DNA of 64,000 nucleotides from Puniceicoccaceae bacterium (GTDB lineage: Bacteria; Verrucomicrobiota; Verrucomicrobiia; Opitutales; Oceanipulchritudinaceae), in NCBI GenBank assembly GCA_040830765.1, contig JBFOMH010000021.1:64001-128000 (forward strand), given 5' to 3'. The notes beneath the pieces are model-generated. The model ran no database searches and was not told the origin of the DNA. It was given only the letters and a program-made list of their open reading frames with translations. Every line of letters starts with the position of its first letter. The stretch's first letter is position 1. Made by a program: the position numbers and the translations under genes. This document shows positions 47,978-58,387 of this stretch, piece after piece.

Positions 47978-49750
47978 ATGGCTATTCCAAGAGTATTGCG
48001 TTCTGTCCTGCACGAGCTGGTTGTTGATCAGGTTCTCGAACAGGAAGCCGTTGCTGAGATCACCAGCGAAACCGATGAGATTTCCGGTGATGAGTTGGAA
48101 GCCATTTTGATGGAGAAGTACGGGGTCCCTGCCTTCAACATCCTTCTGGCCAAGGCCTCGGCCTTCGATATCCCCCCGTTCAATGCCAAGAATTTTGAAG
48201 TCACCGAACGGACCTTTGAGCGGCTCGACAAGGACTTTTGCTGTGAGAACAAGGTGCTGCCGATCGGTACCTTCGGGACCCACATCGTTGTGGTCATTTG
48301 TGATCCCTTCAATACTGCCCTCCTCGATACCATTCAGGACCAGCAGCGGTCCCCGGTGTACCCGATGCTGGGCCTCCAGACCGACATTGAGCACTTCCTC
48401 GTCAAGGATGAGGAAGTCCTGCGCCCGGAAGGATTTGGCGATGTAATGGAAACGCTCAATATCGACTTCGACCAGGATGTCGACGAGAGCGAACTGAGTG
48501 AGGAAGACCTCGAGAACGACAACAACCCCATCGTTCAACTGGCCAGCCGGATCATTGAGGACGCATACTTTTCCGGAGGATCGGACGTTCATATTGAGCC
48601 CTTCGAAAACGAGGCCCGCATCCGCGTCCGGGTGGACGGGGTTTGTCAGGACAAGTTGCGGATTCCTCCAAAGGCAGCCGCCACACTGATGGCCCGTCTC
48701 AAGATTATGGCCAACCTGGATATCGCGGAGAAGCGATTACCGCAGGACGGACGAATCGTCTACAAGCAATTCAACCGCAAGGGCATCGATGTCGACCTGC
48801 GTGTTTCCACTGCCCCCTTGAACCACGGTGAAGGTGCAGTTATGCGTTTGCTGGATAAGCAGAAGTCGACCCTGCCACTGCCGGCCCTCGGATTCAGTGA
48901 GGAAAATCTTGTCATGTACCGCGACCTGATCACGCGGCCCTATGGCATGATCCTGCACTGTGGCCCGACCGGCTCCGGTAAGTCCATGACCCTTTACAGT
49001 GCCCTCAACGAGATCAATGATCCAGGCAAGTGTATCCGCACGGCGGAGGACCCGATCGAGTACACGCTGCAGGGACTGCTGCAAATGCAGATGCACCGGC
49101 AAATCGGACTGACCTTTGCCAGCGCGCTGCGGGCATTCCTCCGGCAGGACCCGGATATCATTCTCGTCGGGGAAATCCGTGACCAGGAGACCGCCGGAAT
49201 TGCGGTTGAGGCGGCCCTCACCGGGCACATGCTTTTCTCCACCCTGCACACCAACGATGCCCCGAGCACGATCAGTCGATTGACGGAGATGGGCATCGAG
49301 CCGTTCATGATTTCGGCATCCATGGTTTGCATCTGTGCCCAGCGTCTGTTGCGTCGTGTCTGCAAGACCTGCAAGCTGACGATCGAGGCGGAAGGTCGCG
49401 AAGACGAAATTCTCCAGCGTGCCATCGAATGGACCGGATCGATTTCCCATGCCAAGGATGGTGGCTGTCCTGCCTGTAACGGCATTGGATACAAGGGCCG
49501 GGTCGGTATTCATGAGTTGATGCCCACCAGCGAAGAATTGATCAAGGGAATCAATGCCGAGTACGACACCGCCAAGATTAAGCGGATTGCTGTTCGCAAT
49601 GGCATGAAAACCCTCCACCAGGACAGCATGCTCAAGGTCAAGGAAGGCATTACCACCATCGAGGAGGCAATCTCCGGTGTTCCGCCGGATATGGAGGACA
49701 TCCGGAAAATCCAGGCGGCTGCCACCCTTGAGGAAGCATTAATCGACTAA
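47978..49750 (+). CDS. GspE/PulE/PilB-family secretion/pilus assembly ATPase
   Basis: [22 protein letters not shown], Walker [38 protein letters not shown], Cys4 (CKTC...CPAC), GYKGRVG. Confidence 0.93.
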   Translation: MAIPRVLRSVLHELVVDQVLEQEAVAEITSETDEISGDELEAILMEKYGVPAFNILLAKASAFDIPPFNAKNFEVTERTFERLDKDFCCENKVLPIGTFGTHIVVVICDPFNTALLDTIQDQQRSPVYPMLGLQTDIEHFLVKDEEVLRPEGFGDVMETLNIDFDQDVDESELSEEDLENDNNPIVQLASRIIEDAYFSGGSDVHIEPFENEARIRVRVDGVCQDKLRIPPKAAATLMARLKIMANLDIAEKRLPQDGRIVYKQFNRKGIDVDLRVSTAPLNHGEGAVMRLLDKQKSTLPLPALGFSEENLVMYRDLITRPYGMILHCGPTGSGKSMTLYSALNEINDPGKCIRTAEDPIEYTLQGLLQMQMHRQIGLTFASALRAFLRQDPDIILVGEIRDQETAGIAVEAALTGHMLFSTLHTNDAPSTISRLTEMGIEPFMISASMVCICAQRLLRRVCKTCKLTIEAEGREDEILQRAIEWTGSISHAKDGGCPACNGIGYKGRVGIHELMPTSEELIKGINAEYDTAKIKRIAVRNGMKTLHQDSMLKVKEGITTIEEAISGVPPDMEDIRKIQAAATLEEALID

Positions 49751-49771
49751 CGGTTCGTCCGGAATCACAGA

Positions 49772-51247
49772 GTGGCCTCAGTCAGTGAAATCCTCAGCGC
49801 TGTATCCCCCGAAACCTTGTCGGGGAGCTGGGATGGACCCATCGACACGGTCGCCTGTCATCCTTCCGGGATTAATGGCCCAAATTGCCTCTTTGTCTGT
49901 ATCAACGAATATCTTGAGTACAACCGTTGGCAGACTTGGCGGACCTACCTTGAGGAATTGCCTGCACTCGGGGTCAAGGCGGTTGTCTTGCCTGAATTGA
50001 TTCCGGGATTGCCTGTTGCCCAACTTGTCACGCCAGAGCCGCGAAAAGCATTGGGCAAGCTGGCCCGCCTGCTCACCGGTCATCCGGACCTATACGCCCG
50101 CGTCTACGGAGTGACCGGAACAAATGGCAAAACCACAACCACCCGCCTGCTGGCACACTTGCTGAATCAACTTGGCGAACCGTGTGGCAGCCTCGGGACC
50201 CTCGGGATTACCTTGCCAGGTGAGATCGATGAACCCGGCACCTACACAACTCCACTTGCGCCTGAACTTTATGGGGAACTGGCCCGCCTCCGCTCGGCCG
50301 GTGCCAAAGGTGTGGCAATGGAGGTTTCCTCACACGGTCTGGCTCTGGACCGCGTCGAGGGAATGGCTTTTGAGGCAGCTATCCTGACAAACGTTGAGCG
50401 GGACCATCTTGATTTCCACGGGACCCATGAAGCCTATGCCGAGGCCAAGCGCCAGCTCTTCGGCCGGGTCCGCAATAATGGCTGGTGCATCCTCAATCGC
50501 CAGTCCCCCTTCTGCGACAGCTTTGCCGAGACGGCCTCGGGCAAGGTCGTTACCTACGGGGAGGCGGATAAGGGAGCGGATCTGGAACTGCTGGACTATG
50601 AGCTCCACTCGACGGTATCCCGCTTCAAGCTCCGGTTCCATGGGACAAGTTGTTCTTTCGAAACCCAATTGGTGGGCAAATTCCAGTTGGAAAATGCCAT
50701 GGGGGCGATTGCCCTGCTGGCTGCACGCGGGTTTGATCTGCCATCGATTGCGGCTGCGCTCCCTGGGTTCCCCTCTGTTTGTGGTCGCATGGAGCGGTTC
50801 ACGATGCCCAACGGCTCCACTATCATCGTCGACTACGCGCACAATCCGGATGGGCTGAAGCACCTCCTCGAGAATGGTCGCTTATTGTGCCGGGAGAAAT
50901 TGCATGTTGTATTTGGATGTGGTGGTGACAGAGACCGCGGCAAACGTCCGATGATGGGCGACTTGGCCGCTGGCCTGGCAGACGTGGCCTGGATTACCTC
51001 CGATAATCCGCGGACTGAAGATCCCGGGGCCATCATGAAAGATATTGAGGAGGGAACGCGAAGGGGTACCGCCTCTATCCTGAAGGAAGCAGACCGCGAA
51101 ACAGCCATTCGTGAAGCCTACAAGGGAACCAGCGAAGGAGATGTCCTGCTGGTTGCTGGGAAAGGGCACGAGGACTACCAGATCATCGGTTACACCAAGT
51201 ACCCTTTTTCAGACCAGGCTGTTGTGCGGGACCTCGGAGGTGCCTGA
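49772..51247 (+). CDS. murE: MurE-like ligase (UDP-MurNAc-dipeptide:mDAP ligase homologue) with atypical N-terminal domain
   Basis: GVTGTNGKTT, YTTP, MEVSSH, DHLDFH, GRME, VDYAHNPD, FGCGGDRD, TSDNPR (mDAP signature), AGKGHEDYQ. Confidence 0.82.
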   Translation: MASVSEILSAVSPETLSGSWDGPIDTVACHPSGINGPNCLFVCINEYLEYNRWQTWRTYLEELPALGVKAVVLPELIPGLPVAQLVTPEPRKALGKLARLLTGHPDLYARVYGVTGTNGKTTTTRLLAHLLNQLGEPCGSLGTLGITLPGEIDEPGTYTTPLAPELYGELARLRSAGAKGVAMEVSSHGLALDRVEGMAFEAAILTNVERDHLDFHGTHEAYAEAKRQLFGRVRNNGWCILNRQSPFCDSFAETASGKVVTYGEADKGADLELLDYELHSTVSRFKLRFHGTSCSFETQLVGKFQLENAMGAIALLAARGFDLPSIAAALPGFPSVCGRMERFTMPNGSTIIVDYAHNPDGLKHLLENGRLLCREKLHVVFGCGGDRDRGKRPMMGDLAAGLADVAWITSDNPRTEDPGAIMKDIEEGTRRGTASILKEADRETAIREAYKGTSEGDVLLVAGKGHEDYQIIGYTKYPFSDQAVVRDLGGA

Positions 51248-51997
51248 TTGGGCCAGTTTTGGTTCGGAACTGTCGGCGTCATCTTCTTCAAGCAGGACGG
51301 CCAATCGGTCGCGGTCGCTTATCCAGGCATCGCCATTCCAATATTCAATTCCCGCCAGACCCCTCGATTTGTACCGGCTTTTTAAGCCGTAACTGGTTCC
51401 GAGGTAGGCGTAGGGAAGGCTGGCTTCAGCTATCCAGTCGAGAAAGTCGCCCATGTAGCCATGACCGGGAGGATTCGATTCGCCGGCCTCGTGGGCGTAA
51501 AAGGCAAACCAGTAATGAGCGCCCCAGCTGCCTTTCAATATGAGGGCGAAAGCCACCAATTCATCCGCCTTATTCCATACCAGGACATCCTGCAGGAAAG
51601 GTTTCTCGAGGACATTCCTGAATTCCACCGCATCGAGGTAGGGAAACCCAAAGCGGGACTGCATCCATTCCTGGGCCCGGTCTGCCACTTCATCCCCGTA
51701 GTGGGCAAGGAACTCGGTTTTGTCCAAATGGAGCCGCTTGAGGCCGAATGCCTGCCATCGTCGATGATCGTAGCGCCGCTTTTTCTCCATGCTGTAGCGG
51801 ACCATGTCCACCCGCAGACTGCGCCCCATGTAGAAGCGATGGCGATCCGACCCGCATAGCCGTGCGTAAGGCAGAAATCCCTGCTCATAGGCGGCCTCTG
51901 GGATGCTTGCGTCAGAAAATTCAAGCCACTCCCCGTGGCTGCAGGTGTAGCGGCCGTAGAGAATTGGTCCTGCTTCTCTGAATTTTCTTGATGGCAT
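51209..51997 (-). CDS. Hypothetical protein resembling arginyl/leucyl-tRNA-protein transferases (ATE1/Bpt-like GNAT fold)
   Basis: EQGF...RSLRVD...KRR N-part; HYWFAFY and YAYLGTSYGLKSRYKSR...EYWNGDAW C-part resemble the ATE_C Y-x-YLG...YK motif. Confidence 0.5.
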   Translation of the reverse strand: MPSRKFREAGPILYGRYTCSHGEWLEFSDASIPEAAYEQGFLPYARLCGSDRHRFYMGRSLRVDMVRYSMEKKRRYDHRRWQAFGLKRLHLDKTEFLAHYGDEVADRAQEWMQSRFGFPYLDAVEFRNVLEKPFLQDVLVWNKADELVAFALILKGSWGAHYWFAFYAHEAGESNPPGHGYMGDFLDWIAEASLPYAYLGTSYGLKSRYKSRGLAGIEYWNGDAWISDRDRLAVLLEEDDADSSEPKLAQSGTSEVPHNSLV

Positions 51998-52178
51998 GGG
52001 TTGTGCTGTGGTTTAGGTAAGGTTCGCTTTCGCCGCAACCGAAAGTTTTTCCAGATGCATCCTTGCATTTTGTGTTCTTACTCGCAAAACACCTAGCGAA
52101 ACGGTCGGAATCTGTGGATGCAGACCTTTCTTTCCTCAGAAACCGACAGTTTTTACACAAATTCGAAATCAATAGCTT

Positions 52179-55100
52179 ATGCCTGAATCAAATAAGACCC
52201 CGCTCGGCTGGCCGGAGCCCCAAGGACTTTGGGACCCTTCCCGGGAGAAGGACTCCTGTGGTGTTGGATTTATTGCCCATATGAAGGGCAAGCGCTCCCA
52301 CGACATTATCCAGAAAACCCTCACCATGAATCAGCATATGATTCACCGGGGCGCGAGTGGATCTGACCCAGATACGGGCGATGGCGCGGGAATTTTTATC
52401 CAGACACCGGACAAGTTTTTGCGCAAGGTCATGGCCGAGAAGGGCATTGAGTTGCCGGACGAAGGGCATTACGGGGCCGGTCTGGTCTTCCTTTCCCCCA
52501 ATGCCAGTGAGCGCGAAGCCACGATGCAGCTCTTTGAGCACATCATCCGTGAAGAAGGGCAGAAGTTCATCGCCTGGCGCACAGTCCCGGTGAAGAGCGA
52601 GATTCTTGGCAAGACTTCCGGGCAATACGAACCGGTTATCAAGCAGGTCTTCATCGCGCGTGCACCTGACGTTGCCGACATCATGGATTTCGAGCGCAAG
52701 CTTTACATGATCCGCAAGCGGGTCGGGAATGCCATCCGCTTCAATGAGGTGCCCTCGCAGTTTTACGATGTCCACCGGACAACCAAGAATTCCTTCCCGG
52801 GCGGGGAATACTTCTACGTGACCGGACTTTCCGCCCGTACCATGATTTACAAGGGGATGCTGACTCCCTGCCAGTTGGCGGAATACTTCCCGGATTTCCA
52901 TGATCCGGATTTCGAGTCCGCCCTGGCCCTGATGCACACCCGCTTTTCGACCAACACCTTCCCCAGTTGGCCCCGGGCTCACCCGAACCGGTTCATCGCC
53001 CACAATGGTGAAATCAACACCGTTATGGGTAACGAGAACTTCATGAAGGCCCGGGAGGCCCTCTGCCAATCTGACAAGTTTGGTGAGGACATCGAGAAGC
53101 TCTTCCCGGTCGTCAATGAGGATGGGTCCGACTCGGCCCGGTTCGACAACGTGCTCGAGTTCATGCACCTCGGGGGCTACGATCTGGCCCATGCCGTCAT
53201 GATGATGATTCCCGAGCCATGGGAACGTCACGAGCACATGACGCCGGCCAAGAAGGCATTTTATGAGTTTCATGCCTGCCTCATGGAGCCCTGGGATGGT
53301 CCGGCTTCCATCACTTTCTCGGACGGCTACCAAATCGGGGCGGTTCTCGACCGGAACGGGCTCCGCCCGAGCCGTTACTATGTTACCGAGGATGACCTCG
53401 TCATTATGGCCTCCGAAGTAGGGGTCCTGCCGGATCTCGATCCGCTGACGGTTGTCCGCAAGGGACGCCTGCAGCCGGGCCGGATGTTCCTCGTCGACAT
53501 GAACGAGGGGCGCATCATTCCCGACGAGGAAGTCAAGGAGCGCGTCTACAATGCCAAGCCTTATGCTGAATGGCTGGAACAGCGTCGCCTGAATCAGTCC
53601 GACCTGCCTGAACCGGAAGAAGTTCCCGGCACCAACGAGGACCGTCTGCGGGAACGCCAGATTGCCTTTGGCTATTCCTACGAGGACTTGCGCTTCCTGC
53701 TCGGGCCGACAGCCGAAAAGGGCGTCCAGCCCATCGCCTCGATGGGGAATGACACGCCATTGGCCGTGCTCTCCAACCAGAGCAAGCTGATGTACCAGTA
53801 CTTCAAGCAGATCTTCGCCCAGGTGACCAATCCTGCGCTGGACTGCATCCGGGAGGAACTGGTCACCGCCACGGAGACTTTCATCGGCTCGGAAGGCAAC
53901 CTGTTGCAGCCGGGTCCGGACAGTTGCCGGATGATCCGTCTGGAAAGCCCGCTTATCAATAACAAGGTGCTCGCCCAACTGCGGGAGATCAGCATCGAGG
54001 GCTTCCTGTCCGCCACCCTGGACATGGTCTTTCCGGCCGAGCAGGGAGGTGAGGGCCTGCAAAACGCCCTTGAGCGCCTCTTCAGCGAAGCCGACACGGC
54101 GATCAACAGCGGTGTCAACGTCCTGATCCTGTCGGATCGTAATATCACCCAGAAGAAGGCGGCCATACCGACCTTGCTGGCCATGGCTGGTCTGCACCAC
54201 CACCTGGTCCGTTCAGGGACCCGGACACGCGTTTCCATTGTTCTGGAGACCGGGGAGGCTCGCGAAGTACACCACTTCTCGGTGCTACTGGGATACGGGG
54301 CTGACGCCATCAATCCTTACATGGCCTTCGAGTCCCTGGATCAGATGATTCAGGAGAACATGCTCGGCCTGGACCTCGACAAGGCTATTTACAACTACCT
54401 CAAGGGTTCCACCAAGGGGGTCGTCAAGACGATGGCCAAGATGGGCATTTCAACGGTTGCTTCCTACCGCGGCGCGCAAATTTTTGAAGCCATTGGCATC
54501 AGCACGCGGCTGATTAAAAAGTATTTCACCGGGACGGCGGGCCGCGTCGAGGGCGTTGGCATCAACGAGATCGCCGAGGAAGTGCTGCGCCGCCACCGCA
54601 AGGCCTTCCCGGATCGGCATGTTGAGGATGACGAGCGCGCCCTTGACCCGGGTGGCATGTACCAGTGGCGCCGCAAGGGCGAGTATCACCTCTTCAATCC
54701 CCGTACAATCCATCTCCTGCAAAAGGCGGTGCGGACGGGCGACTACGCCTCTTTCAAGGAGTATTCCCAGCAGGTCAACGACCATAGTGAGAGTTTCTGT
54801 ACCCTGCGCGGGTTGATGAAGTTCAAGAACAACCGGAAGTCGATTCCGATTGATGAAGTGGAACCGATTGAAGCCATCACCAAGCGCTTCAAGACCGGTG
54901 CCATGTCTTACGGCTCGATCTCCCAGGAAGCGCACGAGACCCTGGCCATTGCCATGAACCGGATTGGCGGCAAGTCCAATACAGGGGAAGGTGGCGAGGA
55001 TCCCATCCGGTTCAAGCCGCTCCCCAATGGGGACAGCAAGCGCTCAGCGATCAAGCAGGTCGCTTCCGGACGCTTCGGGGTGACGAGCGAATACCTTGTC

Positions 55101-56849
55101 AACTCGGATGAGATCCAGATCAAGATTGCCCAGGGTGCCAAGCCTGGTGAAGGCGGGGAACTGCCTGGTTCCAAGGTTTATCCGTGGGTCGCCAAGGTCC
55201 GGCACTCAACCCCGGGCGTGGGACTGGTATCTCCGCCTCCGCACCACGATATTTATTCCATTGAGGATTTGGCTGAGCTCATCCATGACCTCAAGAACGC
55301 CAACCGCAACGCACGTATCAACGTCAAGCTGGTGGCGGAAGTCGGGGTGGGGACCATTGCCGCCGGGGTGGCCAAGGGCCATGCCGATGTCATCCTCATT
55401 TCCGGGCATGATGGGGGAACCGGTGCGTCACCGGCCTCTTCCATCTACAACGCCGGTGCTCCATGGGAACTGGGCCTTGCTGAGACCAACCAGATTCTCC
55501 TCCTTAATGACTTGCGCAGCCGCGTCGTCCTGGAAACCGACGGCCAGTTGAAGACCGGTCGCGACGTGGCCATTGCGGCCCTGCTCGGGGCCGAGGAGTT
55601 TGGTTTCGCCACGGCTCCCTTGGTCACCATGGGCTGTCTCATGATGCGGGTCTGCCAGAAGAACACCTGTCCGGTTGGGGTCGCCACCCAGGATCCCCGC
55701 CTGCGGAAAAACTTCACCGGGGACCCTGACCATGTTGTCAACTTCATGCGTTTCATCGCCATGGAGATGCGGGAAATCATGGCTGAGCTTGGTTTCCGCA
55801 CCGTGAGTGAGATGGTCGGGCATGTCGACATGCTGGATACCCTGGATGCTATCGACCACTGGAAGGCCAAGGGTATCGACCTGACCAGTATTTTCCACAA
55901 GCCGGACGTCGACGAGACCGTTGGTACCTACTGCCAGAAGGAACAGGACCATGGGTTGGAGCATTCCCTCGACGTGACGCACCTGCTGCACCTTTGCAAG
56001 CCGGCTATTGACCGGGGCGAAAAGGTCCGGGCAGAGCTGCCCATTATCAACGTCAACCGGGTCGTCGGCACCATCACTGGAAGTGCCATCACGCGTTCGC
56101 ACGGTGGCGAGGGCCTCCCGGAGGATACGGTTTATTTAAAGTTCAATGGCAGTGCGGGCCAGTCGTTCGGTGCCTTCACACCAAAGGGGATGACCTTTGA
56201 ACTGGAAGGCGACGCCAACGATTACCTCGGCAAGGGCCTCTCGGGTTCCAAGCTGATTGTCTATCCGCCGCGCGGTTCCAAGTTCAAGCCGCATGAGCAG
56301 ACCCTCATCGGCAACGTGGCCTTCTACGGGGCAACCGATGGTGAAGCCTTCATCAACGGGATTGCCGGGGAACGCTTTTGCGTCCGCAATTCGGGTGTGC
56401 GTGCAGTTGTCGAGGGTGTGGGCGACCACGCCTGCGAGTACATGACGGGTGGCGAGGTTGTTTGCATCGGCAGCACCGGGCGTAACTTCGCCGCCGGCAT
56501 GTCGGGCGGCATTGCCTACGTGCTTGATGAATCGGGCGACTTCCAGACCCTGCTGAACCATGACATGGTCAACCTCTACCGCCTGGTGGAGTGCGAGGAG
56601 AAGGAAATTGCAGCCGTCCGGGAACGGATTGTCCGGCATGTTGATTATACCAAGTCCGAGCGGGGCCAGTGGGTCATCGACAACTGGGACGAGCTGCTTC
56701 CAAAATTCGTCAAGGTCCTGCCACGCGACTACGAGCGCATGCTCAATGCCTTCAAGAAGGTTGAGGAGCAGGGGCTTTCCGGCGACGAGGCGGCCATGGC
56801 CGCCTTCGAGGAAAACCTCAACGACCTGGCCCGTGTAGCCGGAAACTAA
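52179..56849 (+). CDS. gltB: Glutamate synthase large subunit
   Basis: [69 protein letters not shown]. Confidence 0.98.
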   Translation: MPESNKTPLGWPEPQGLWDPSREKDSCGVGFIAHMKGKRSHDIIQKTLTMNQHMIHRGASGSDPDTGDGAGIFIQTPDKFLRKVMAEKGIELPDEGHYGAGLVFLSPNASEREATMQLFEHIIREEGQKFIAWRTVPVKSEILGKTSGQYEPVIKQVFIARAPDVADIMDFERKLYMIRKRVGNAIRFNEVPSQFYDVHRTTKNSFPGGEYFYVTGLSARTMIYKGMLTPCQLAEYFPDFHDPDFESALALMHTRFSTNTFPSWPRAHPNRFIAHNGEINTVMGNENFMKAREALCQSDKFGEDIEKLFPVVNEDGSDSARFDNVLEFMHLGGYDLAHAVMMMIPEPWERHEHMTPAKKAFYEFHACLMEPWDGPASITFSDGYQIGAVLDRNGLRPSRYYVTEDDLVIMASEVGVLPDLDPLTVVRKGRLQPGRMFLVDMNEGRIIPDEEVKERVYNAKPYAEWLEQRRLNQSDLPEPEEVPGTNEDRLRERQIAFGYSYEDLRFLLGPTAEKGVQPIASMGNDTPLAVLSNQSKLMYQYFKQIFAQVTNPALDCIREELVTATETFIGSEGNLLQPGPDSCRMIRLESPLINNKVLAQLREISIEGFLSATLDMVFPAEQGGEGLQNALERLFSEADTAINSGVNVLILSDRNITQKKAAIPTLLAMAGLHHHLVRSGTRTRVSIVLETGEAREVHHFSVLLGYGADAINPYMAFESLDQMIQENMLGLDLDKAIYNYLKGSTKGVVKTMAKMGISTVASYRGAQIFEAIGISTRLIKKYFTGTAGRVEGVGINEIAEEVLRRHRKAFPDRHVEDDERALDPGGMYQWRRKGEYHLFNPRTIHLLQKAVRTGDYASFKEYSQQVNDHSESFCTLRGLMKFKNNRKSIPIDEVEPIEAITKRFKTGAMSYGSISQEAHETLAIAMNRIGGKSNTGEGGEDPIRFKPLPNGDSKRSAIKQVASGRFGVTSEYLVNSDEIQIKIAQGAKPGEGGELPGSKVYPWVAKVRHSTPGVGLVSPPPHHDIYSIEDLAELIHDLKNANRNARINVKLVAEVGVGTIAAGVAKGHADVILISGHDGGTGASPASSIYNAGAPWELGLAETNQILLLNDLRSRVVLETDGQLKTGRDVAIAALLGAEEFGFATAPLVTMGCLMMRVCQKNTCPVGVATQDPRLRKNFTGDPDHVVNFMRFIAMEMREIMAELGFRTVSEMVGHVDMLDTLDAIDHWKAKGIDLTSIFHKPDVDETVGTYCQKEQDHGLEHSLDVTHLLHLCKPAIDRGEKVRAELPIINVNRVVGTITGSAITRSHGGEGLPEDTVYLKFNGSAGQSFGAFTPKGMTFELEGDANDYLGKGLSGSKLIVYPPRGSKFKPHEQTLIGNVAFYGATDGEAFINGIAGERFCVRNSGVRAVVEGVGDHACEYMTGGEVVCIGSTGRNFAAGMSGGIAYVLDESGDFQTLLNHDMVNLYRLVECEEKEIAAVRERIVRHVDYTKSERGQWVIDNWDELLPKFVKVLPRDYERMLNAFKKVEEQGLSGDEAAMAAFEENLNDLARVAGN

Positions 56850-56872
56850 TTACATTTGCGAAAGATTGAATC

Positions 56873-58363
56873 ATGGGAAAACCAACAGGATTTCTTGAAG
56901 TAGAACGCCAGACGATCAGCGAGTTGGATCCAAAGGAACGGATCAAGAACTGGAAGGAGTTCAAGGTTCATCCGGAGGATGACCACTTGCGCAACCAGGG
57001 GTCGCGCTGCATGGACTGCGGCACGCCTTTTTGCCATACGGGACACATCGTCTCCGGCATGGCCAGTGGTTGCCCGATCAACAACCTTATCCCGGAATTC
57101 AATGACCTCGTTTACCGGGGCCGTTGGAAGGAAGCGTTGGACCGTCTGCACAAGACGAACAACTTTCCGGAATTCACGGGACGCGTTTGTCCCGCTCCAT
57201 GTGAAGGTTCCTGTGTCCTTGGGGTGATTGAGCCGCCGGTGACGATCAAGAACATTGAGTGTTCCATCATCGACCGTGGCTGGGACGAGGGCTGGGTTAC
57301 TCCGGAGCCGCCGGAGAAGCGCACCGGCAAGACTGTGGCGGTGATTGGCTCCGGACCTGCTGGACTGGCTTGTGCCGACCAACTCAACCAGGCCGGGCAC
57401 GAAGTGACAGTCTATGAGCGCGCCGACCGCATCGGCGGTCTCCTGATGTACGGCATCCCGAACATGAAGCTGGACAAGCAGGAAGTCGTGCAGCGCCGCG
57501 TCGATCTGATGGAAGCTGAAGGCGTGAAATTTGTCACCGGTTGCGAGATTGGCAAGGATGTCACTTCCAATGAGCTGCAGGAAAAGTTTGATGCGGTGGT
57601 CTTCTGCACAGGAGCGACCAAGCCGCGTGATCTGCCGATTCCGGGACGGGAACTGAACGGGGTCCACTTCGCGATGGAGTTCCTGACCGGCAACACCAAG
57701 CACATTCTTGACACGGACTTCGACGAGTCCATGCCGGCGATCAATGCCAAGGGCAAGAATGTGGTTGTCATCGGGGGTGGTGATACCGGTACCGACTGTG
57801 TCGGGACATCCATCCGCCACGGTGCCAACAGCGTTGTCCAGCTGGAGATCCTGCCCAAGCCGCCGGAGACCCGCCAGGCCAACAACCCATGGCCGGAATG
57901 GCCCAAGGTCTACAAGATGGATTACGGCCAGGAAGAGGCCGCTGCCCTCCAGGGCGAGGATCCGCGTACTTACCTGGTCATGACAGAGCGTTTTATTGAC
58001 GATGGAAACGGCAACCTTTCCGGACTGGAAATTGTCGACATCGAGTGGGATCGCAACGAGGAAGGGCAGTTCATCCCCGTCAAGAAGGAGGATACGCGCC
58101 GGACCATTCCCGCCGAGCTGGTGACTTTGGCGATGGGATTCCTCGGGCCGGAAGAGACCGCTGGCGACCAGCTGGGCCTCGAGACCGACCAGCGCTCCAA
58201 CATCAAGGCTGAACACGAGAAGTACACCACGAATGTCGAAGGCGTCTTTGCCGCCGGCGATTGCCGTCGTGGCCAAAGCCTCGTCGTCTGGGCTATCAAC
58301 GAAGGCCGGGGAGCGGCACGTGAAGTGGATCGCTACCTCATGGGTGTGACCCAGCTTCCCTAA
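56873..58363 (+). CDS. gltD: Glutamate synthase small subunit
   Basis: [62 protein letters not shown]. Confidence 0.98.
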   Translation: MGKPTGFLEVERQTISELDPKERIKNWKEFKVHPEDDHLRNQGSRCMDCGTPFCHTGHIVSGMASGCPINNLIPEFNDLVYRGRWKEALDRLHKTNNFPEFTGRVCPAPCEGSCVLGVIEPPVTIKNIECSIIDRGWDEGWVTPEPPEKRTGKTVAVIGSGPAGLACADQLNQAGHEVTVYERADRIGGLLMYGIPNMKLDKQEVVQRRVDLMEAEGVKFVTGCEIGKDVTSNELQEKFDAVVFCTGATKPRDLPIPGRELNGVHFAMEFLTGNTKHILDTDFDESMPAINAKGKNVVVIGGGDTGTDCVGTSIRHGANSVVQLEILPKPPETRQANNPWPEWPKVYKMDYGQEEAAALQGEDPRTYLVMTERFIDDGNGNLSGLEIVDIEWDRNEEGQFIPVKKEDTRRTIPAELVTLAMGFLGPEETAGDQLGLETDQRSNIKAEHEKYTTNVEGVFAAGDCRRGQSLVVWAINEGRGAAREVDRYLMGVTQLP

Positions 58364-58387
58364 GCCATTGGTCTTCAGCTTTCCTCC

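Noticed and set aside
51998..52178. Possible regulatory RNA or small ORF upstream of gltB
   Set aside because: No convincing conserved structure, sigma54 motif or coding signal; probably just divergent promoters.
52188..54203. 671-aa minus-strand ORF (also the 476-aa ORF at 56846-58276)
   Set aside because: Antisense to gltB/gltD, typical shadow frames of conserved high-GC genes.
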